From NCBI GenBank assembly GCA_013239625.1, contig MU053934.1, positions 4,110,399 to 4,174,398 of the forward strand: 64,000 nucleotides of DNA, given 5' to 3'. Below, one piece after another: positions 55,497-64,000 of the stretch (the first letter of the stretch is position 1; each line of letters opens with the position of its first letter). This DNA is from Lama guanicoe. Taxonomy: Eukaryota. Below the pieces are notes generated by a model, which worked only from the letters and a program-made list of their open reading frames with translations, did not search any database and had not been told where the DNA came from. The translations under genes were made by a program, and so were the position numbers.

Positions 55497-58028
55497 GTGA
55501 GTGTCAGCCCGGCATGCAGTGTGACTGGAGCATCAAGCCTGGTCCCTTATGGAAAGTGTGGTCCTCCAGAGGCATCCTCGTGGGAGGGCATCCTTTTAAT
55601 TCATGTTATTGCTATTACTGAAAACATTTTTAACTCCTATTTGGGAGTTACTGTCAGAGTTTGTTCAAGAAGCTTCAAAGACAGTCAGTCTCATTAAGAT
55701 TTTTGGCTCCCAGTGATATTATCTAGTTTGACTTCACTTTATTCCCAAGACTTGGCCAGGAATCAACTTTAGTCATGTCTGAGAGTCAAATCCGTTCTCC
55801 AAGGGTGATGTTTTGCCAACATTAGAAGGATATGTCGCAGCTCCAAAGGCAGTTTCCGAGCTCTTCAAGGGCAGAGGGGTTGCGTTCGTTTCTGAACGTC
55901 CAGTACCTGTCCTGGCACAGGGCAGGTGCTCATTGGGTGTAGAAACACTGGCACGTTAAACAACCGCTAGTGAGTACTACTAGTTGGGTGTTAGTATTTC
56001 GCGCCTCTTCCATGATGTGTAGCTCCATAGTAAGCAAATGATAGCTCAGGCTTATTATGTTTAAAAAGGATTTTTCACTTTATTAAAACTTTACAGTAGG
56101 ATTTCTTAAATTGTTAAGTGCCCACTACATGTGAAATAATTCAGTTTACCAATTTCAGCTTATATAGCTTTTTCAGAAAATATCTATTGTATAAAGCAGC
56201 ATGTTTCTTTTCTCTTATACTTTAAAAGGTTTTGTTACTACCTTATTTGATTTTCTGACTTAAAATAAATGTATTAAATGTGCCAGGTAATGATTAGAGA
56301 AAAGAAATGAGTTGTTGCAGTCATACAGTTAGCAGAAGAGGCACTGGGCCTGGAGCCCGTGTGCTTCGGCCCCCTGAAGGCAGCATGAGCATCTCACCCA
56401 CAGCTGGATCGATCAACCCGGGAGGTGGAGCTGGGTCTTGACTACGGAACCCCCACCATGAACCTGGCGGGGCAAAGCCTGAAGTTTGAAAACGGCCAGT
56501 GGATAGCAGGTGGGCTACATTTCCTGCCATTTTGTCCAACAAGATTGTGGGAGGAAACACCCCTTGTAACTGCTGGTTCTGTCCTTCCACCAGAAACAGG
56601 GATTAGTGGGGGTGTGGACCGGAGGGAGGCTCAGCGCCTCCGGAGACGGAACCAGCAGTTGGAGGAAGGAAACAATCTCTTGCGGCTGAAGGTGGACATC
56701 CTGCTGGACATGGTGAGGCAGGTGATGGGCAGAGATGCCTCCGCTTCCCTTGGGGAGGTTCACGCGAGTCATTTCAGCCAGCCCATGCCTCTTGAGTGCC
56801 AGTTTGCCCAGGTACAATGCTGTGAATCCAAAGATACAAAACCAAATTAGACATAATCCCTACCCTCAGGGGCTTGCAATCTAGTGGGGAGATGGACAAC
56901 ACATATAATAGTGTCTCATTGTAAGGGCAGTCTGCGCATGACAGAGAGGAAGTCATTTTGTCGTGTCAGGAAGACATCACAGGAAAGGGAAGTTTGAGCT
57001 GAATGTGGAAAGATAAAGGTAGGAATGGAGACTAGGATGAAGACATTCAGGAAGAAAGACAGCCTGCTCCTGGCTGGGAGAGGTTCCACACCCAGCAGCT
57101 GTCCAGTCAGTGCCCGGCGCAGACCTGTGGAGGGCCGCTCTCTGCATTGGCGTCAGTTTCTTGCGGGTTTAAAAAGCCAGCAGCCTGTTGGGCCTAGAGG
57201 TGTATGTGAGGGTTGATTGAGTCAGGAGTGCATACACTGTAGTGGTTAAGAGCACATGTATGGGGCTAAAAGGCCTGGGTCCATTGCCCAGCTCCTCCAC
57301 TGGCTGTGTGACTTTAGGCAAGTTACTTAGCTACTCTGTGTGAAAAAACTTAGTTTCTTCAACAGTAAAATGAGCATGATAGTAGGATCTACCTCATTCG
57401 TGAGTTAATAATACAAGTGAAGCTCTTGGAAAAGTATGTTGCTCAGGAAGTGTAGCTCTTTTATTTTCCAGTAAGCTGACCTCTAGAGTTTATATCTGTC
57501 CGTCCCTCTCTGGAATGTCTTCCGCCCTCTACTCTGAAGTCTGCTGAAAGATCCTGATGAGGAAAGTGGCATTCTTTTTCAAGCATTTTCCCCGCTTATC
57601 ACCATTATGTGAGCCACGGCTCAGAAGCAACTTGGACCCTAATCCTTTAGCCTTAAAATCACCCGTATCTGCCTTTTTCATCACTTGAGGCCTGTGTCCT
57701 TAACACAGTGAGTGCCACACAATCCTAGGTGATCAAAAATGTTGATAGAGTGGATCATGAATATTCTTCAAGTACTCAAGGACCTGGGTCATCAGAAAGT
57801 TACTCTCTGCCCAGTTACAAAGGGGTTCCTGCCATGGGAGCTGCCGGCAGCATTAGAGAAATGCCTGGGGGCCTTTCCCAGAGGCAAGGCCAGCCTCAAA
57901 CAGCCCAGGACACCCTTCTTCATAACGGTTTGCTGCTTTACTTCCAGCTTTCTGAGACCACTGCCGAATCCCACTTAATGGAGAAGGAATTGGATGAACT
58001 GAGGAGTGTCAGCCGGCGGAGAAAATGA
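55419..58028 (+). CDS. CBY1: Chibby family member 1 (beta-catenin antagonist and ciliogenesis factor), 127 aa, 4 coding exons
   Basis: join(55419-55496,56404-56509,56594-56712,57948-58028) = 384 nt. Translation MPLFGNTFSPKKTPPRKSASLSNLHNLDRSTREVELGLDYGTPTMNLAGQSLKFENGQWIAETG...LRLKVDILLDMLSETTAESHLMEKELDELRSVSRRRK; all introns are GT-AG. Confidence 0.97.
56404..56509 (+). CDS. CBY1: CBY1 coding exon 2
   Basis: CACAG| acceptor; LDRSTREVELG...GQWIA; CAG|GTGGGC donor. Confidence 0.96.
56594..56712 (+). CDS. CBY1: CBY1 coding exon 3 (coiled coil)
   Basis: CACCAG| acceptor; ETGISGGVDRREAQRLRRRNQQLEEGNNLLRLKVDILLDM; ATG|GTGAGG donor. Confidence 0.96.
57948..58028 (+). CDS. CBY1: CBY1 last coding exon
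   Basis: TTCCAG| acceptor; LSETTAESHLMEKELDELRSVSRRRK followed by TGA. Confidence 0.96.
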   Translation, partial: LSETTAESHLMEKELDELRSVSRRRK

Positions 58029-58609
58029 AGACCCCAAAGACATCTGTTAGGAGAACGGGGGAAACCCATTGATCAGAAGAAGAAGACGTGGCTGAGGGAT
58101 TTATTTTAGTCAAACTAGTAAATTAGGTCCTGGGAGAGAGTATCATATAATGGGGCCAAAAGGCACTGCCCACCTTGGGTTGGCAGTAGGAAGGTGACAG
58201 CATTCCAGAGGAAACCAGGATTCCAGCCAGTCCAGTGCTTCACGGCACAGGGAGGTCTGGGGTGATGGGAAGCCTTTGGGTACTCTCCTGGCACTTAACA
58301 TACACACGCACGTGGCCCAGGCTCACCCTCATTGGACAGACTCTGCTGGGAGAAGCAGGAGTTTATCATATCCCCCCTCACATTGGTGTTTGGGGTGTGT
58401 CACCAGTTGTACGGAGCCTGCTGCAAGGGGGTCTCAGATAAGAGGCTCTTCTGGTTGTCTGCCCTTCAGGCCACTCCCTCCCTCCTGTGAAGAATACTGT
58501 TCCCGGAATCCACAACCTCCTCTGGCTTCAGCGTCTTAGCAGCAAGCACCATCCTTCCACAGCAACACTATATTTTTGTGCTACTTTCCTGTTTACCCTA
58601 CTTTTTTAA

Positions 58610-58615
58610 ATTAAA
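58610..58615 (+). terminator. Candidate CBY1 polyadenylation signal ATTAAA
   Basis: ATTAAA in an AT-rich stretch about 580 nt after the stop, preceded by a U-rich tract. Confidence 0.4.
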
Positions 58616-59511
58616 TGATATTATATAATCTCTCTCTGGCCAACATGACTGAAAAAAACATCAGTTCTTGAAGAAGTAAATAATGGAGCCTGGGTTCTGA
58701 GCTTCTGACGCACCATCCAAAGACAGAACATTTAGGTTGTGAGGAAATGTCACCGTTGCGGGAGAAGCATTCCACCTTCCTGGGTGTTGGCATAGGCTGA
58801 TCTGGAAGAGAAATAGTGTCTCTTCCCAGATTCCCCTGCCTTCCTCTTCTGGGTGTTGAGACTAGCTACTGAGTGGTTGGGATTGGGGACTGGATTCCTA
58901 GAGTGGGAATTTGTGCCTTAGAGTGAACTGGGCTTCTCTGGCTGGGAGAGGGAGCCAGCCAAAGTCAGTCAGAGAGAATCTGGCTTCCAGAGTCAAGGGG
59001 GAGGGACACAGAGTCCTGGGCTTTGGACCAGGGATGGCTGCTAAGGCCAGCAGTTTCTGAACACCTGGCACCCTCCTGGGATGGGGCTTACACTGTCATT
59101 TCCTCCTCATCTTTGCCCTGGGGAGCAGGGCCTGTCAATCAGCACGACTATTGACAGATAAGGAACCAAACCCCAGGAGGTTTGGAAACTGGGTCTAGGA
59201 TCCTACAGTGGAAGTGTGGGAGCCTGCTGATGACAGCCTACGGTGAGGCGCTGGGTGTGGAAGCTGCTGTTTCTCATCCACCCTCAGCACCAGCTCCCCG
59301 GGGGTGGACAGAAGAAGCATGGCTGTAGCCCCAGCCCATAACCTTCCTTTCTGATATAGGAGAGAATAATTCAGAAGAAACTGGAAAGAGATACTATATG
59401 CAGGGTGTAAATCTTCAGATGCAGGTAACAGGAGCAATGGAGAGTTTTCTTTTTCCTAGATGGTAACATTAGCAACCATTTGCTCATGCCCTTGATGCCA
59501 GACACCTATAG

Positions 59512-59993
59512 ACAGTCCCCGACTCACGATGGTTCAACTTAGAATTTTTTGACTTTATGATGCTGCAAAAGCGACATGCATTTATTGTATGTGTATAAAC
59601 CGTATTTCAAGTTTTGACCATTTTCCGGGCTAGCAGAATGCAATATGATGCTCCCTCGTGCTGCGAGGCGGCAGCAGCGAGCTGTACTCATCGGCAGTCA
59701 GCACTCGATCACACGGATAAACAACCCACATACTTAAGACCATTCTAGACCCGGACAAGCACTCTGTTTTTCATTTTCAGTACAGTGCTTGATAAATTAC
59801 ATGAGGTACTCAACACTTTATTGTAAAATAAACTTCTGTGTCATGATTTTGTGCAACTGTAGGCTAATGTAAGTGTTCTGAGCACGTGTAAGGTAGGCTT
59901 GGCTAAGCTACAATGTTCGGTAGGTTAGGTGTATTAAATGCATTTTTGACTTAAGATATTTTCAACTTACGATAGGTTTATTGGGACATAAAC
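59512..59993 (-). mobile_element. Tigger4 (Zombi)-like Tc1/mariner DNA transposon
   Basis: CAGTCCCCGACTCACGATGG terminus and AGGTTAGGTGTATTAAATGCATTTTTGACTT...CAACTTACGAT. Confidence 0.8.
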
Positions 59994-61349
59994 CAAGAAG
60001 GGCTATATTTCTAATTCTCATGAGAATTTTTCAAGTTTGTTACCATCCCCTGCTTTTAGATGGAGAAACAAACCCAGCAAGGTCATACAGCTGGAGGGGG
60101 AGCGAGCCAGGATTGAAACCTGTGGAAGCAGGAAGTTGTCCTTTTGGTTGTCGCAGTGATGTGGGTCCCCTCTGCACCACCACTGGCGTGTGAGGGGGCT
60201 GGAGCCTTGTGTGGGGCAGTTCTGCAGTGAAAAAGGACTTGAATTTTGGACAGTTAGGGAAGCAAGCCATTGGAGAGTTTCAGCAAAGGAATGCTATGAC
60301 TGACTTTAAAAAAAAGAAAAAGATCCCTCTGGCTTCAGTGTGGTGAGAACAGTCTGAAGGGGGCAAGGCGGGGACCAGGGAGGTGGCAGTAGAGGAGGTG
60401 AGGTGGTCAGATTCTAGACACGACTTGAAGGTGGAGCCCGCCAGTGTCTGCTGATGAATGTGGCGTGTGAGCGAAGTCAGGGATAATCCTATTAATGAAG
60501 TCTCTAAGGGAACAGGGAAAAAGAGTCACCCATATCTCACGACCCTAACCCTTGTTGGTCCCCCAACACACACCTGAAATGCTATATACTTTCAAGATCT
60601 TACCTTTTGGGCAGATATGTCCTTTAGGTTCTGGCTGACCTTCTTCCTCCTCAAAACCTTTATGAAGTCTACTGCTTATGGGGGCACCCAAGTAGATAGT
60701 GGCATCTACTAGACATATCTTTTGTAATCACTACAACAGTTTTATCTGTTTTTGTGCTGAGTGTCACATTAAGGAAGAACTTACTGGAGAGCTGAGATAG
60801 AAAATTCTGTGGGTGTGAGGAAGGGAGTGCCAACAATTAGAGGAAGTTTTGCAGTCTGAGGCCTAGCGAGGGGGTCCATGTGCACAATTGTACAGATATG
60901 GGTTAATGTGTGTGGTTTATTTACTTATAGCTTTTGTAAAATCTCAAAGGGACCCACGCTCCACAACGAACTGAATTAGGAACTGCTGCATTACCAGGAC
61001 AGAAACAGGAAAGGTGAGGATCGTGCACTTGAGGGACGGGGAATGAGAGGAGGTGGGGGCGGGGTTCTAGAACACCTCATCTCCATCCAGATGGCAGAGT
61101 CACCTCTGTACCCAGCATGGGACATCATCACTCACTTGATGGCATCCTTACCTGTCCCTCAACTGAGGCCCTGGGCTGACATCATTCTTACCATATGTCT
61201 TCATTGCTGCTACTGAGCATTTCTCAGTGAAGGTTTCCCTCCTTCTCCACCAGCTCCTCCTTGAACCTCTTGGGGTGAGGGAAGAAGGTGTCCTTTCCTC
61301 CACTGACCATTTTTAGGAGATTTTTGGGGAAATAGTTCTGATTTTTTTG

Positions 61350-61560
61350 TTTTTAATTTTAAAAATATATGTGGCAAAACACACATAACATAAAATTTAC
61401 CATTGTAACTATTGTAAAGCATACAGTTAAGTAATATTAAATACATTCACAATGTTGTACAACCATTACCACCATCCGTCTCCATAACTCTTCATCTGGT
61501 AAAACTGAAGCTATATACCTGTTAAAAACTGACTCTACTTTCTATGAATTTGACTAAGTA
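61350..61560 (-). mobile_element. L1MB-type 3' end
   Basis: ACATAACATAAAATTTACCATT...ACATTCACAATGTTGTACAACCAT. Confidence 0.75.
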
Positions 61561-61679
61561 TCCCCCGACCTGTCTGATTCCACAGGGCTCTATTCTGTCT
61601 TCCCTTCTCACTTTACCTTTTCTAAATCACTTCATCTATTCCTAAGTCTTTGCACACTCTGCACTGCCTGATTCCCAGT

Positions 61680-61798
61680 ATTTTTTCTTTTATTTTTTAA
61701 AATTATGTTTTGTTTTTTCTAATGGAGGTACTGGGTTTTGAACCCAGGACCTCGTGAATGCTAATAAGCACCTGCTCTACCACTGAGCTGTCACCCCC
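61680..61798 (-). mobile_element. Vic-1-like tRNA SINE
   Basis: Poly(T), GAACCCAGG (B-box reverse complement), CTACCACTGAGCT (A-box reverse complement). Confidence 0.8.
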
Positions 61799-61979
61799 TG
61801 CCAATATTTCTTCTTATCCCTTGACAATTTTACAATTATTGAAAGAGCTCTTTTAGCCTTAAACAGAAATTTTTTTAAAAGTCATGTACTGTTTTTGTGA
61901 ATATAAACAAAATTAATTGGTCAAAAGTTTCCTAGGACTTTTTCACATTTGCATTGTGACTTTCCACTTGGAGTTACCA

Positions 61980-63092
61980 ATGAGGGGGGGAAGATTAATT
62001 GATCTTAGTCCATCTAAGAAAGAAATGGAAAATTTTATTTGAGCCAAGTTGAGTATTATAATCTGGGAAAAGACTCTCAGAAATGTTCCACGTGTTAGAG
62101 GTCAAAGCACAGTTATTTTTTGAAGCTGTGGGCTGTATGTTGAATGATGTATTGCTGACAGTTTACACAATCCAGATCTATTTGTGCAAACAAATAGTGG
62201 GTCATGGGTCACTGTGGCCTTTTACAAGATTAAGAAGGAAGGTTATCTCCTAAGGAGGTCTGGTTAATGCAGATGCATAATACATGCTAATGGGCAAAGA
62301 ACAAATTTATGCTTATTTTATGTTTAAATTTTTCTTGTCTTTCCGTAAAATATGAATTTTATTTCATCAGAGTCAATGCTGTCTGTACTTTCCACATGAG
62401 AGTGTCTTCTCTGCTTTCAAGAGTGATGGTCTTCCAGCATTTCTTAAAAGAGCCTATAAAAGAATCAAAAGTCATTGGCACTGGGCTCTTAAGCTGCCCT
62501 TGCATGTATGTAGAGCTAGCCTGTTACTGAACTCAGATTCAGCTGCTCTCCAAAGCCAGTACTTGAGAGACAAGTGTTGGTTGAAAAGGAAAGATTGCTT
62601 TACTCAGGAGGCCAGCAACCTGGGGAGAAAGCAGATTAGTGTCCAAAAACCAACTCTGAAGATTCTGCTCAACCATGAAAGTTTTTAAAGGGAGAATCAT
62701 CTGGGGAGGAAGCCAGAGTCTGCCTTACCATCTACTGGGTGCAGACTTCCTTCTGATTGGTTGGTGGTGAGGTAACAAGGTACTGTTCCAGGAACCCTGT
62801 GCCCAGTCTGAGTAGGAACCTTAGTTCCTGCAAAACTCAAAGGTATTGTTACGTATGTGTCCTGGGGAGGAATCAGGATTCTGCTTTAATTGCTGCTCTA
62901 TTGGTTCTTCACTGTTCCTCCTTTGTTTCTGCATTCCCTCCTTTCCCTGATGAGGAACTGTTTGAATCTGCCCCTTGGAACTTGGGGGAAGGTCTAGGAG
63001 GTTGAAAAACCTACTTCCTACAAACGAGAAACAGAGGACACTGAAAGAACTTGTATCCGGGAGGGCCCCACAGGATCCTGCTCAGTTTCAAG
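61980..63092. mobile_element. Cluster of ERV LTR-like elements (about 61980-62370 and 62522-63092)
   Basis: TG...CA bounded segments with LTR-like composition (TGTTACTGAA...CAGTTTCA); family not identified. Confidence 0.55.
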
Positions 63093-63103
63093 CCTACTTA
63101 AAT

Positions 63104-63125
63104 TAGAAAGAAAGAAAGGAAAGGA

Positions 63126-63175
<50 letters not shown>

Positions 63176-63212
63176 GGAGAGAGAAAGAAAGAAGAAAAAG
63201 AAAGAGAGAGAG
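63104..63212 (+). repeat. (GA)n / (GAAA)n microsatellite
   Basis: Seen directly in the sequence. Confidence 0.95.
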
Positions 63213-63449
63213 ACATGTAAAAAGCGTAATTCATAAATGTACAGCCTGATGAATTATCCAAAATGGGCATACCCATGGAAACACCAACCACATCAAGAAA
63301 TAGAATTTGAGCAGCATCCCAGAAACTCTTGCCTTCCCAAATATTACCTCCTCCTCCTCAAAGGAAATCACTATCTTTCTCACCATAGATTGGCTTTGCC
63401 TGTTTTTAACTTTATACAGTGGAATCATACAGTAGGCACATTTTTGTGA

Positions 63450-64000
63450 CATGAAGACTTTTTGTAGTTCAGAGCTGTCCTGTCCAAAGATGAAAAGGAC
63501 TGAGGACTCTATCAGGAGGAAGTGCTAACTCCAGCAGCTTCTCCCCCGAATATGTAAGCACAGGACAATTGAGACTGTCTAATCCCGAGAGTCTTCATTT
63601 CCACAGTTGGCTAAATATCAGATTACTTTTGTACTAAGAACTTGTGGGCATGTTATAAAAAGAAGCATTTTCATCCATTTTATATGAGACAGGAAGGAAG
63701 AGGGCAGGGCACAGCCATTCAAGAAATAACAGCAATTGACACCAAGGTGGTGGCAAATTCAACTCCCAAGGAGCCTTGAGGTCCAAGATGGCAGGAAATT
63801 TGACTTCCAGTAGAACTTGAGCTTCATCCTATGCTCATTGCAATAAATTAACATGGTCAATGACAGTCCCACAGGGGCCATGACAGTTCCAAAGCTAACC
63901 ATAAAAGGTCAAAGAGTGGGTGATGTCCCAATTCCTGGGAATCCCAGCCCCTCCCCCAAAGTAGTTGAAATAATCCTCCCACGTGTTAGCATATGAAGTT
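63450..64000. mobile_element. ERV LTR-like sequence running off the window end
   Basis: LTR-like motifs (TCCAAGATGGCAGG, AATAATCCTCCCAC...TTAGCATATG). Confidence 0.5.

Noticed and set aside
58700..64000. Expected downstream neighbour TOMM22
   Set aside because: No CpG island or TOMM22-like coding sequence is visible in this interval; it presumably lies beyond the window.

Overview
This is mammalian genomic DNA, not prokaryotic. The young tRNA-derived SINEs (GGGGAGGGTATAGCTCAGTGG...) and the L1 3' ends resemble camelid (alpaca/camel) families, which is an inference from recognition. The window holds a head-to-head gene pair sharing a CpG-island promoter at about 50.1-51.1 kb. FAM227A lies on the minus strand (coding exons traced by hand from 47301 down to about 4830), and CBY1/Chibby lies on the plus strand (complete 127-aa CDS, 55419-58028). 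The rest is intron or intergenic sequence full of L1, L2, MIR, LTR and DNA-transposon relics. Most ORFs in the supplied track are spurious or derived from repeats. There are three main observations. (1) FAM227A has two U12 minor-spliceosome introns, one GT-AG and one AT-AC, with textbook signals. (2) The penultimate FAM227A exon is frameshifted if spliced directly. Two paralogous 49-nt exon-like cassettes (12406-12454 and 9905-9953) have exactly the phases needed to restore the frame or switch C-termini, apparently from an ancient intragenic duplication. (3) There are several non-canonical splice sites, an in-frame retainable CBY1 intron, and an E-to-G change in the Chibby coiled coil. Comparisons to human proteins are from memory and need confirming by alignment.
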